A DNA stretch of 32,000 nt from Mycolicibacterium smegmatis (GTDB lineage Bacteria > Actinomycetota > Actinomycetes > Mycobacteriales > Mycobacteriaceae), in the NCBI RefSeq assembly GCF_001457595.1, contig NZ_LN831039.1, positions 720,001 through 752,000 of the forward strand, written 5' to 3'. Of this stretch, positions 20,834 to 30,193 are shown in pieces (within the stretch, counting starts at the first letter, position 1; every line of letters begins with the position of its first letter). Under the pieces are notes generated by a model. The model did no database searches and was not told the origin of the DNA. It saw only the letters and a list, made by a program, of their open reading frames with translations. The position numbers and the translations under genes are program-made.

Positions 20834-22213
20834 GTGATCCACAAGAGTCTGGGCGTCGTGGCGACGGCCGGTCTGGTACTGCTGATCGGCTGCCCGTCCG
20901 CGGGTGCCGTCAGTCCACCACAGGTGGACCCGCAGATCGCGCCGCCGCCAGGAACCGCGGGACCCGCGCAGCCGATGATGCAGCGCAGCGAGTGCATCAC
21001 GACCTCTGTGCTGCCCGGCACCGACCCGGGTGCGGTGAGCCCGAACCAGTTGGCGCTCAACCTGTCCGGCGCATGGCAGCACAGCCGCGGGGCCGGTCAG
21101 ACGGTCGCGGTGATCGACACCGGTGTGCAGCCCGGCCCGCGTCTGCCCAACGTCGAAGCCGGCGGCGACTACATCGAATCGACCGACGGCCTCACCGACT
21201 GCGACGGGCACGGTACGTCGGTGGCGGGTCTGATCGCCGGTCAGCCCGGCCCGGACGGGTTCTCCGGCGTGGCACCGGAGGCCCGGCTGATCTCCATCCG
21301 CCAGAACTCCCCGCGATTCGCACCCCGCACACCCGGGGCCGACTCTGAAGCAACCAGGGCTGCAAGCGATGCCGAGACCCTGGCGCGTGCCGTGGTACGC
21401 GCGGCCGACATGGGCGCGCGCGTCATCAACATCTCACTGGTGACGTGTCTGCCCGCCGACCGGACGATCGACCAGTCCGCACTCGGTGCGGCACTGCGCT
21501 ATGCGGCGCTCGAGAAGGACGCCGTGATCGTCGCGGCCGCGGGCAACAACCGCGGCGGCGTCTCCACCGGCGCAGCGTGCGAATCGAATCCGCTGCCTTC
21601 GGGCACACCGGGCGATCCGCGCAACTGGAACGGCGTCACGTCGGTGTCCATCCCGTCGTGGTGGCAGCCCTACGTGCTGTCGGTGGGTGCGGTCGACTCC
21701 ACCGGGCAGCCGTCGAGTTTCACGATGGCAGGTCCGTGGGTCGGGATCGCCGCGCCGGGGGAGAACATCGTCTCGGTGAGCAATGCACCCGACGGTGGCC
21801 TGTCCAACGCGTTGCCGTCCGAGCGTGACCGGTTGGTGCCGCTCACCGGAACCAGCTATGCGGCCGCGTACGTCTCGGGAGTGGCCGCGTTGGTGCGCAG
21901 CAAGTTTCCCGATCTCACCGCGCGGCAGGTGGTGCACCGCCTGACCACCACGGCGCAGGGCGCCGCGCGGTCGCCGTCCAATCTCATCGGTGCCGGCATG
22001 GTCGACCCGGTGGCCGCACTCACCTGGGACGTCGCCGATGTCCCACTCGACGGTCCGGCCGCACCCGAGGGCAGGCCCATCGCGGCGCCCCCTGAGCCCG
22101 AACCACGCGACAACACCCCGCGGATCATCGCGTTCGTGGGTACCGGGGTCCTGGCAGCGGCCGTCGGTGCCGCGTTCTACGCCACCTACCGTCGGAAGGA
22201 CAAGACCACATGA
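20834..22213 (+). CDS. mycP3: Mycosin MycP3, subtilisin-like membrane-anchored protease
   Basis: Catalytic blocks VAVIDTGV (Asp), GHGTSVAGLIAG (His) and LTGTSYAAAYVSGV (Ser); N-terminal signal-like segment and C-terminal TM IIAFVGTGVLAAAVGAAFYA. Confidence 0.97.
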   Translation: MIHKSLGVVATAGLVLLIGCPSAGAVSPPQVDPQIAPPPGTAGPAQPMMQRSECITTSVLPGTDPGAVSPNQLALNLSGAWQHSRGAGQTVAVIDTGVQPGPRLPNVEAGGDYIESTDGLTDCDGHGTSVAGLIAGQPGPDGFSGVAPEARLISIRQNSPRFAPRTPGADSEATRAASDAETLARAVVRAADMGARVINISLVTCLPADRTIDQSALGAALRYAALEKDAVIVAAAGNNRGGVSTGAACESNPLPSGTPGDPRNWNGVTSVSIPSWWQPYVLSVGAVDSTGQPSSFTMAGPWVGIAAPGENIVSVSNAPDGGLSNALPSERDRLVPLTGTSYAAAYVSGVAALVRSKFPDLTARQVVHRLTTTAQGAARSPSNLIGAGMVDPVAALTWDVADVPLDGPAAPEGRPIAAPPEPEPRDNTPRIIAFVGTGVLAAAVGAAFYATYRRKDKTT

Positions 22214-23139
22214 CCGCCCGGATAGCGCTGGCATCCCTGTTCGTCGTCGCGGCGGTGCTCGCCCAACCGTGGCAGACCACCACGCAGCGTTGGGTTCTCG
22301 GTGTCTCGATCGCCGCGGTGATCGTGCTGCTGGCCTGGTGGAAAGGCATGTTCCTGACCACCCGGATCGGCCGCGCGCTAGCGATGGTGCGCCGCAACCG
22401 CGCCGAGGACACCGTCGAGACCGATGCGCACAGGGCGACCGTGGTGCTGCGCGTCGACCCGGCCGCACCGGCCCAGTTGCCCGTCGTGGTCGGTTATCTG
22501 GACAGGTACGGCATCACGTGCGACAAGGTGCGGATCACCCACCGCGACGCAGGGGGCACGCGGCGCAGCTGGATCAGCCTCACGGTGGATGCCGTCGACA
22601 ACCTTGCGGCGCTGCAGGCTCGTTCGGCACGAATCCCGTTGCAGGACACCACCGAGGTCGTGGGCCGTCGGCTTGCCGACCACCTGCGTGAGCAGGGCTG
22701 GACCGTCACGGTCGTCGAAGGCGTGGACACGCCGCTGCCGGTGTCGGGCAAGGAGACCTGGCGCGGCGTCGCCGACGACGCCGGTGTGGTGGCGGCCTAC
22801 CGCGTCAAGGTCGACGACCGTCTCGACGAGGTGCTCGCCGAGATCGGCCATCTGCCGGCCGAAGAGACTTGGACCGCACTGGAGTTCACCGGATCTCCCG
22901 CCGAGCCGTTGTTGACGGTTTGCGCCGCGGTGCGCACATCGGACCGCCCGGCCGCCAAGGCGCCGCTGGCCGGCTTGACCCCGGCGCGTGGCAGGCACCG
23001 GCCCGCACTGGCCGCGCTGAACCCGTTGTCGACCGAACGGCTCGACGGCACCGCGGTGCCACTGCCTGCCGTGGTGCGGACCTCGGTGAAGGGTTCAGTC
23101 GAACATGAAGCCGCGCAGGAAGCGGGTCATCCGGCGTAG
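22210..23139 (+). CDS. eccE3: ESX-3 component EccE3
   Basis: Two N-terminal TM helices (IALASLFVVAAVLAQPW..., VLGVSIAAVIVLLAWWKGMF); position after mycP3; ATGA overlap. Confidence 0.95.
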   Translation: MTARIALASLFVVAAVLAQPWQTTTQRWVLGVSIAAVIVLLAWWKGMFLTTRIGRALAMVRRNRAEDTVETDAHRATVVLRVDPAAPAQLPVVVGYLDRYGITCDKVRITHRDAGGTRRSWISLTVDAVDNLAALQARSARIPLQDTTEVVGRRLADHLREQGWTVTVVEGVDTPLPVSGKETWRGVADDAGVVAAYRVKVDDRLDEVLAEIGHLPAEETWTALEFTGSPAEPLLTVCAAVRTSDRPAAKAPLAGLTPARGRHRPALAALNPLSTERLDGTAVPLPAVVRTSVKGSVEHEAAQEAGHPA

Positions 23140-24294
23140 GTAGTCCGGCTGGCTCACGTGCAGCAGGTGGTTGCCGGGGAACCAGTGGAACGCACAGCGA
23201 TCCCAGTGCTCCCACAGCAGTTCGGCCTGCTGCGGCGGGGCCAGCCGGTCACCGAGACCGGTGATGATGAGCCGGCGCTCCTTGGCCACCAGAGGCTGGT
23301 AGTGCAGCGGTGACGCGTAGCGGGCAGCTGCCTCGGTCAGCTCTGGATCGGTGTGGGCGATGTGGCGCTCCAACGCCACGAGCATGTTGGCCGGGAACCA
23401 TTCGTCGACCGTCCGGTCCGGTGTCACCACAGGAACATTCGGGATCACGGCCTGGATCCGGTGGTCGACGCTCGCCAGCAGGGCCGAGGTGAAACCGCCG
23501 AGCGAGATGCCCGTCAACGCGATCCGATCCACGCCGGTGAACTCCAGATGGTCCATCACCGAACGGAAATCGTGCACGGCCTGGGCCATGGCCTCGGCGA
23601 AACCGGCTAATCCGTTGGCGAAGTAGCCGTATCCGCTGAACGGCGAGAACCGTTCGGCACGCAGCCCATGGAACGGCAGGGTGTACAGCAGCACGTCGTA
23701 CCCTGCGCGGTAGAACCACGGCAGCGACAGGAACAGGCCGTTCGCGAGGTACGGCGAGCCCATGAAACCGTGGATCACGCACAGCGTGGGATGCGGGCCG
23801 TCGTTGTGGCGCCAGTGCTGCGCACGCACGATGTTGTTGCGAACGTGGCCGCGGCACCGCTCGCGCAACGCCGGGTTGACGGCCCGGAAGCTGCTCTGGA
23901 ACCGGATGTTCTCGACGCGGCCGTGCGCGACCCACTCGGCGACCGGATTTGCCGGGCGCGACGAGACCCGCGGCGGTTCGGTGGGGCGCGGAAAGGATCG
24001 CTCGGGATCTTTGGCCTCGGCCAGGTCGGCGTAGAACCGCATGTGCTCGTGCTCGATCCGCGAATCCCTTCGCCGCAGGATCGTGGCGGCGGTCCTGGGC
24101 AGCATGGAGGCCGCGACCACCGAGGCCACTCCGGTGCGCAACGCGATGTCGGCGGCCGCCGATGCATCGACGATGGCCTTCTGCCGCAGCGTGAGGTCGA
24201 TCCGGCGGGGGAGCCCCCGTGACGTCGCATCGGCACCCGGTACGTCGGGAATCGGGATCGGGGGATCAACCGGATCAACGCTGGACGGCTCCAC
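23095..24294 (-). CDS. Conserved alpha/beta-hydrolase-like protein (Rv0293c-type)
   Basis: LCVIHGFMGSPYLANG, nucleophile elbow IALTGISLGGFTSAL, and C-terminal HWFPGNHLLHV; 399 aa. Confidence 0.82.
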   Translation of the reverse strand: MEPSSVDPVDPPIPIPDVPGADATSRGLPRRIDLTLRQKAIVDASAAADIALRTGVASVVAASMLPRTAATILRRRDSRIEHEHMRFYADLAEAKDPERSFPRPTEPPRVSSRPANPVAEWVAHGRVENIRFQSSFRAVNPALRERCRGHVRNNIVRAQHWRHNDGPHPTLCVIHGFMGSPYLANGLFLSLPWFYRAGYDVLLYTLPFHGLRAERFSPFSGYGYFANGLAGFAEAMAQAVHDFRSVMDHLEFTGVDRIALTGISLGGFTSALLASVDHRIQAVIPNVPVVTPDRTVDEWFPANMLVALERHIAHTDPELTEAAARYASPLHYQPLVAKERRLIITGLGDRLAPPQQAELLWEHWDRCAFHWFPGNHLLHVSQPDYLRRMTRFLRGFMFD

Positions 24295-24311
24295 GCCCCG
24301 ATGCTAACGAA

Positions 24312-26066
24312 TCACAGCAACCGGTAGACGGTTGTCGAGCCGATCCTGACGCCCGCGTGATGCGCTGCGACCCAATCGGCGATCTCGCGGGTGTGCGCCC
24401 TGGTGTGGTTCGCGCTGCGAATGACCTCGCCGTGTTGCGGGCGCCCGGCCTCGACGTAGAACGTGACGCGCCGGGCGTGCACGTCGTCGATGAACTCCGG
24501 CAGTGTCGGCACCGGGTCGCCGCGCCACCCGCCGACGGCCATCACGGACGTACCCGAGGCGATCTCCAGCGCCGCTGCCGCCTGTGAGCCGTTCGTGGCG
24601 GCTGACCACGCGGTGGTGGCCGTGGCGAGGAGGTCCGCGAGTTGCCGGTTGGACGCCAGATCACCCAGCCATCCGTCGCCGCGCTCCTGTTGCACCGCCA
24701 ACGGTTGGCTTCCGTGGTGCGGTGTCACTGCCGTGGCCGCGGTGACCACGGCGGTGGGCAGCACCGCGACGACGGCGCACAGCACGGCCGCCACGGGTGC
24801 GGACCGCCGTGCGGCGAGCAGTCCCAGCACGGCAAACGCGGCCGCACCGGCGAACACGGCGAGTTGCCGCGGTGGCGAAAACGCGTTGCGGTGCAACAAC
24901 ACCGAGGCGGTGATCGCGGCCGACGCCCCCAGCAAGGCCAATGCGGCACGGCCGTCGACACGTGCGCGGCGCTGCCAACCCCATACTGAGCCAAGGGCGA
25001 CCAGCGCCCCGACCGCCGGTGCGAGCAGCACGGTGTAGTACGCGTGCACCATGCCGCGCATGTACCCGAACACGATTGCGCCTGAGAGCAACCACGCGGT
25101 CCACATCACCAGCGCGGCCAGTTGTGTGCGGGGCAGGTGGCCGCGCACCGCGAGAAAGGAACCGACCACCGCCGCGACCACGGCCGCGGGCAGCAACCAG
25201 CCGATCTCGACACCGATCTCACCGGTGAACAACCGTGCGACACCGGTGTGTGCGGTGTGCCCACCGCTGACGATGCGGTCGATTCCGTTGTAGCCCAACG
25301 CCAGTTCGAGTTCGTTGTCGTCGGTGGATCCGCCGACGAACGGCCGCTCGCCCGGTGGGACCAGTTGCACCACCACGATCCACCATCCCGCCGCGATCAC
25401 CACGGCCGCCGCGCCGGCCAGCAGATGGACCGCGCGCCGCCGCCACGTCGTCGGCGCGAGCAGCAGATACGTCAGCGCGAAAGCCGGTGCCACGATCAAA
25501 CCTTCGAGCATCTTGGTGAGAAACGCGGCCCCCAGGGCAGCGCCTGCCGCCACCACCCACCACACCGCTGCGGACCCGACTGCGCGCGTCAGACAATGGG
25601 CCGCGGCGACCAGCACAAGCACGAGAAGCGCATCGGGGTTGTCGAACCGGAACATCAACGCCGCGGCCGGTGTGAACGCCAGGACCGCGCCGGCCAGCAG
25701 GGCCCCGGCCGCGGCGTGACGTGTACCGGTCAGCGTGCGCCGCACGGTCGCGTACAGCACCGTCACCGCCGCAACGCCCATCACGGCCTGCGGTGCCAGC
25801 ACGGACCATGGACTCATCCCGAACAACCGCACCGACAGACCGGTGATCCACAGCGCCGCGGGCGGTTTGTCGACCGTGATGAAGTCGTGGGCGTCGAGCG
25901 CACCGTAGAACCACGCCGACCAACTCTGCGCCCCGGCCTGCGCCGCCGCGGCGTAGAAGTCGTTGCCGTAGCCGTTGATCGACAGATGCCACAGGTACAG
26001 CACAGCGGTGACGGTCAGCAGCGTGACCAGGCCCACGCGCTCCCACCGCGAGGTCGTCATGCGCAT
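24312..26066 (-). CDS. Glycosyltransferase family 39-like polytopic membrane protein (ArnT/PMT-like)
   Basis: Multiple TM helices with GNDFYAAAAQAGAQSWSAWFYGALDAHDFITVDKPPAALWITGLSVRLFG and RFDNPDALLVLVLVAAAHCLTRA. Confidence 0.88.
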   Translation of the reverse strand: MRMTTSRWERVGLVTLLTVTAVLYLWHLSINGYGNDFYAAAAQAGAQSWSAWFYGALDAHDFITVDKPPAALWITGLSVRLFGMSPWSVLAPQAVMGVAAVTVLYATVRRTLTGTRHAAAGALLAGAVLAFTPAAALMFRFDNPDALLVLVLVAAAHCLTRAVGSAAVWWVVAAGAALGAAFLTKMLEGLIVAPAFALTYLLLAPTTWRRRAVHLLAGAAAVVIAAGWWIVVVQLVPPGERPFVGGSTDDNELELALGYNGIDRIVSGGHTAHTGVARLFTGEIGVEIGWLLPAAVVAAVVGSFLAVRGHLPRTQLAALVMWTAWLLSGAIVFGYMRGMVHAYYTVLLAPAVGALVALGSVWGWQRRARVDGRAALALLGASAAITASVLLHRNAFSPPRQLAVFAGAAAFAVLGLLAARRSAPVAAVLCAVVAVLPTAVVTAATAVTPHHGSQPLAVQQERGDGWLGDLASNRQLADLLATATTAWSAATNGSQAAAALEIASGTSVMAVGGWRGDPVPTLPEFIDDVHARRVTFYVEAGRPQHGEVIRSANHTRAHTREIADWVAAHHAGVRIGSTTVYRLL

Positions 26067-26102
26067 ACCGTGCCCGAGCAGGCTGCGAACGGGCTGTGAG
26101 TT

Positions 26103-26990
26103 CTACCGGGACGCCACGCCGAACAGCCGTGCGGCGTTGTCGTGCAGGACGTTGCGGCGCCACGTGTCGTCGATGCCCGGCAGATCGACGGTGTGCCGCA
26201 GCGCGTCGGCGTAGCCGTACGGGATGTTGGGGAAGTCGCTACCGAACAGGATGCGCTCGCCCAGGTCGTACAACCGTGCCCGATCGGCGGGCGGGAACGG
26301 CATCATGGCCTCGGAGAACGGCGTGAACGCCATCGTGGTGTCGAGCCGGACCCCGTCGAATCTCTCGGTCAGGTCCAGGAATTCGCTGTACTCGGGCATT
26401 CCCATGTGCGCGATGATCAGCACCAGGCGCGGATGGCGGGTCAGCAGTTTCTCGACCCGTTCCGGTCCGGTGTACTCACCCGGCGCCGGACCGGAACCGC
26501 AGTGGATCACCACCGGGACCACCGCGTCCTCGACCATGCCCCACACCTCGTCCAGCAACGGGTCGTTGGGGTCGTACGCGCCGACCTGGATGTGCGCCTT
26601 GAAGATCTGCGTGCCCGCGTCGATCGCCTCGGCGACGTAGCGCCCGGCCTGCTCTTCGGGGTAGAACGTCGCGGTCGAGAGGCAGTCCGGCGTGTTGCGC
26701 GCGAACTCGCGCGCCCACTGGTTGAGCCACGTGGCCATATCCGGTTTGTGCGGGTACACCAGCGACGAGAACCGGCGGACCCCGAACTCGCGCAGCGTCG
26801 CCAGGCGCTGTTGTTCGTCGGCGCGGTAGGTGATCGGCCACTCCCGGCCGATCAGCGGGCCCTGGCTGTCGAAGTACTGCCAGACCTTGTCCATGACGTT
26901 CTTCGGCATGAAGTGGGTGTGCACGTCGATCAGGCCCGGAAGCCCCAGGTCCGACCAGATACTACGCACCGCTGCTATCTCGTCCATCAT
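26103..26990 (-). CDS. Amidohydrolase family metal-dependent hydrolase
   Basis: [55 protein letters not shown]-type motif ([16 protein letters not shown]). Confidence 0.88.
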   Translation of the reverse strand: MMDEIAAVRSIWSDLGLPGLIDVHTHFMPKNVMDKVWQYFDSQGPLIGREWPITYRADEQQRLATLREFGVRRFSSLVYPHKPDMATWLNQWAREFARNTPDCLSTATFYPEEQAGRYVAEAIDAGTQIFKAHIQVGAYDPNDPLLDEVWGMVEDAVVPVVIHCGSGPAPGEYTGPERVEKLLTRHPRLVLIIAHMGMPEYSEFLDLTERFDGVRLDTTMAFTPFSEAMMPFPPADRARLYDLGERILFGSDFPNIPYGYADALRHTVDLPGIDDTWRRNVLHDNAARLFGVASR

Positions 26991-27034
26991 CAGCGATGAT
27001 GTCAGTAGCCGCCGAGGGGGGCAGAATCGGCCTG

Positions 27035-27799
27035 GTGTGGAATCCCGAAACCTACCTCAACTTCGCAGATCACCGGGGTCGCCCGTTCTTCGAGCTGCTG
27101 GCGCGCATCGGTGCGCGCACGCCGCGCCGGGTGGTCGACCTGGGGTGCGGGCCGGGCAACCTGACCGAGACGCTGACGCAACGCTGGCCCGGCGCGCAGG
27201 TCGAGGCCTTGGACTCCTCGCCCGAGATGGTGGCCGCGGCCCGCGAACGCGGCGTCGACGCCCGCGTCGGTGCCATCGAGGACTGGCAACCCACGCCCGA
27301 CACCGACGTCGTCATCTCGAACGCGGCCCTGCAGTGGGTGCCCTCGCACCGCGAATTGATCGTGGCGTGGGCTCAGCGCTTGCCCGCCGGTGCGTGGCTG
27401 GCGTTCCAGGTGCCCGGGAACTTCGACTCGCCGTCGCACCGTGCCGTGCGCACGGTCGCCCGAAGCGAGGCATTCGCCGATGCCCTGCGCGACATGCCGT
27501 GGCGCGACGCCCATCAGGTCGACGATCCGCTGGACTACGCCGGCCTGCTCACCGACGCCGCATGCACGGTCGATGCGTGGGAGACCACCTATGTACACGA
27601 ATTGACCGGCGAGACACCGGTTCTCGACTGGATCACGGGTACCGCGCTCACCCAGGTGCGCAGCAGGCTCGACAACACCGCGTGGCAGCGGTATCGCGAG
27701 GCCATCATCCCGCTGCTGGCAGAGGCCTATCCGAGACGGCCGGACGGCATCACATTCTTCCCGTTCCGGCGCGTGTTCGTGGTGGCCCAGATCCGGTGA
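27035..27799 (+). CDS. tam: Trans-aconitate 2-methyltransferase
   Basis: [71 protein letters not shown] start preferred; the ORF is open upstream to ATG 26996. Confidence 0.9.
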   Translation: MWNPETYLNFADHRGRPFFELLARIGARTPRRVVDLGCGPGNLTETLTQRWPGAQVEALDSSPEMVAAARERGVDARVGAIEDWQPTPDTDVVISNAALQWVPSHRELIVAWAQRLPAGAWLAFQVPGNFDSPSHRAVRTVARSEAFADALRDMPWRDAHQVDDPLDYAGLLTDAACTVDAWETTYVHELTGETPVLDWITGTALTQVRSRLDNTAWQRYREAIIPLLAEAYPRRPDGITFFPFRRVFVVAQIR

Positions 27800-27804
27800 C
27801 TTGC

Positions 27805-27839
27805 GGAGTTTTTCCGGCGCCTGGCGCATGAAAAACTCC
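27805..27839. terminator. Candidate bidirectional terminator between convergent tam and stf0
   Basis: Perfect 10-bp arms GGAGTTTTTC (27805-27814) and GAAAAACTCC (27830-27839) in a 48-bp convergent intergenic space. Confidence 0.6.
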
Positions 27840-27847
27840 ACGAATCG

Positions 27848-28651
27848 CTAGAGGGGCAGGCCGTCGCGTTGGGCATCGCGGCGGTAGCGCTCGACCCATT
27901 CGTCGGAGCGTTGGTCGGCTTGACGTTCCAGGACGGGTTTGGGTGCCAGGCGTGGGTCCTGGCCGAGTGCTTCGAGCACGGTCCCGACCACCTCGGTGAG
28001 ATTGCGCCACAGATACGGGTAGTCGACGTCGATGGGTTCGACGTTCTCCTCGGTGAACCAGGCGCGCCAGCCCTCCTCCTGGGCCCGCAGCATCGTGATC
28101 ACGTGGGCGATGGCGCCCGCGTGGTATTCGGCGCGCGCGTCGCGCACCGGATCGGGCCGACCGCGCCACACGCGCGTCTGCACCGCACGCCAGAACGACA
28201 CGGCCTGGGACACCACGTCGGGCCGATGGATGTGGATGAGCACCGGATCGCTGCCCACGACGTCGCGGATCGCCGACAGCAGGCCCGAACCCGAGCGATC
28301 AGGCAGATCCTTGGCGCGTTGCACCAGAAGCGGCGTCTGGTTCCACATGAGCTTGCCGCCCCACACGCCGTTGGGGGTACGGCCGACGGTCTGGATGTAA
28401 TCGCGCCAGATGGTCGCCGGCGCCAGATCGGGCTTGCCTTCGATGAGCGGATCGAGCAGACGCAGGATCGACTGGTCCTCGACATCGGCGAACCACTCAC
28501 GTGGTTGCGGCGACATGCTGGTGTTGGGCAGGTACTGGAAGAACTCCTGCGGCTCACCTGCCACACCGGTGGCGCGCAGGGACTCCACGAGCAGAGTGGA
28601 ACCGCTGCGCTGAGATGCGAGCACCAGGTAGGCGGTGGGGTGGTCGGACAT
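27848..28651 (-). CDS. stf0: Trehalose 2-sulfotransferase Stf0
   Basis: [42 protein letters not shown] (5'-PSB-like loop), [41 protein letters not shown]. Matches the recalled mycobacterial Stf0 sequence. Confidence 0.93.
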   Translation of the reverse strand: MSDHPTAYLVLASQRSGSTLLVESLRATGVAGEPQEFFQYLPNTSMSPQPREWFADVEDQSILRLLDPLIEGKPDLAPATIWRDYIQTVGRTPNGVWGGKLMWNQTPLLVQRAKDLPDRSGSGLLSAIRDVVGSDPVLIHIHRPDVVSQAVSFWRAVQTRVWRGRPDPVRDARAEYHAGAIAHVITMLRAQEEGWRAWFTEENVEPIDVDYPYLWRNLTEVVGTVLEALGQDPRLAPKPVLERQADQRSDEWVERYRRDAQRDGLPL

Positions 28652-28729
28652 GTCCGGGACTTTAACCGCAGAAAGTTTGCTGCGCCTATTCAGCGGAGCG
28701 TCAAGAGTTTTCACTCATTGTGAGCGAAA

Positions 28730-30109
28730 CTATCTGCGCGAGTCCTCGATCCCGCGCTCTGCGGCGATCGCCGACCTGCTGGTGGCCGGGCGCCCGTGGA
28801 TTGCGAGATAGGTCTCGGTGTACCGCTCGGAGATCCGGGTGCCCGCGAAATCCGACGGGATGACGTCATTGGTCTCCTGACGCCAGGCGTTGAGCAGAAG
28901 GGCGAGTTCGGATGCGATCGCCTCGGCCTTGTCTGCGGTGTCAGGGCAGGCATCCGGGCCCAGGAGGTTGTTCGCCTCGCCGGGATCGGCCACGAGATCG
29001 TACAGTTCGCGGCCGGGGCGCGGGGCGAGCACGTCGGGGGCGAGGATGCGGCCCGGCGGGCTGTCGGCGATGTCCCACGGCAGGTCCAAAAGGGGCCGGG
29101 CAGCGTAGTTTTCGATGTAGCTGTACTCCTTGGTCCGCACTGCGCGGATCGGGTCGAACGAATCGTGGTAGGTCTTGGTGGTGTACACCGCGGTGCGCAC
29201 CTCCTCAGAGTTGTTCGCGCTCTTGAGATTGTCCGCATGCGAGAGACCCTCGACCTCGTCGGGGACCGGCACGCCCAGCAGGTCGAGCAGCGTGGGCAGC
29301 AGGTCCACTCCGCTGAACAACTCCTCGTACCGGTGCGGCGCGATGCCAGCAGCGCGCGGCGGGCGGATGATCATCGCGATGCCGGTGCCCGCGTCGTACA
29401 GCGTCGACTTGGCCCGCGGCAACGCCGGTCCGTGGTCGGTCATGAACACCACCCACGTGTTGTCGTCGAGTCCGGAGCCGCTCAGCGCGTCGAGCAGTTC
29501 CCCGACCTTGGCGTCGGCGACGGCGATCGACCCGTAGAACTCGGCGAGATCTTCGCGCACGTCGTCGGTGTCGGGCAGATAGGCGGGCACCGAAACGGCG
29601 TCGGCGTCGGCCGGTTCATAGCGGTCACGAGGATATGGGCGGTGCGTCTCGAAGAACCCGGCCGTGAGCAGGAACGGCCGCTCGGGCGGGTCGGTGAGCC
29701 AGCGGGTGGCCTGCTCGACGACGTACTCGCAGTACGAATTCGACACGTCGAACTCGTCGAACCCGAGCCGGTCGGGGAACGAGGTCTCGTGCTGCATCCC
29801 GAACAGCGCAGTATGCCAACCGGATTCGGACAGGATCTGCGGAAGTGTGCGCACCCCGGCGCGGTACTCCCAGCCGTGGTGGGCCAGGCCCACCAGACCG
29901 TTGCTCTGCGGGTAGCGGCCGGTGAACAGCGAACCCCGCGAGGGCGAGCACAGCGGCGCGGTGGCGTGTGCACGCGTGAACAGGACGCCTTCGCGCGCGA
30001 GTTGGTCCAACCGGGGGCTGCTCACGTCGGTATGGCCGTAGGCGCCCAGATACCGCCCCAGGTCGTGCCAGTGCACGATCAGCAGGTTCTGCCGTTGCGG
30101 CTCGGTCAC
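28730..30109 (-). CDS. Type I (formylglycine-dependent) sulfatase
   Basis: HWHDLGRYLGAYGHTDVSSPRLDQLAREGVLFTRAHATAPLCSPSRGSLFTGRYPQSNG with the CSPSR modification motif, and VVFMTDHGPALPRAKSTLYDAG; 459 aa. Confidence 0.92.
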   Translation of the reverse strand: MTEPQRQNLLIVHWHDLGRYLGAYGHTDVSSPRLDQLAREGVLFTRAHATAPLCSPSRGSLFTGRYPQSNGLVGLAHHGWEYRAGVRTLPQILSESGWHTALFGMQHETSFPDRLGFDEFDVSNSYCEYVVEQATRWLTDPPERPFLLTAGFFETHRPYPRDRYEPADADAVSVPAYLPDTDDVREDLAEFYGSIAVADAKVGELLDALSGSGLDDNTWVVFMTDHGPALPRAKSTLYDAGTGIAMIIRPPRAAGIAPHRYEELFSGVDLLPTLLDLLGVPVPDEVEGLSHADNLKSANNSEEVRTAVYTTKTYHDSFDPIRAVRTKEYSYIENYAARPLLDLPWDIADSPPGRILAPDVLAPRPGRELYDLVADPGEANNLLGPDACPDTADKAEAIASELALLLNAWRQETNDVIPSDFAGTRISERYTETYLAIHGRPATSRSAIAAERGIEDSRR

Positions 30110-30193
30110 GTCGCATCCTTTCCGTCCTCGAGACGACCGAACAGCCTCGGCCGCGTTCCCGCAACCGTTTGGCTCATCGAGAGCAACTCATCC

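Noticed and set aside
19192-21060. 622-aa minus-strand ORF opposite eccD3 and the start of mycP3
   Set aside because: It mirrors the codon positions of well-supported genes, has low-complexity Arg/Gly/His-rich content and no recognisable domain. This is typical of spurious antisense ORFs in high-GC DNA.
8507-23139. ESX cluster considered as a previously undescribed secretion system
   Set aside because: Gene order and component sequences match the known mycobacterial ESX-3 system.
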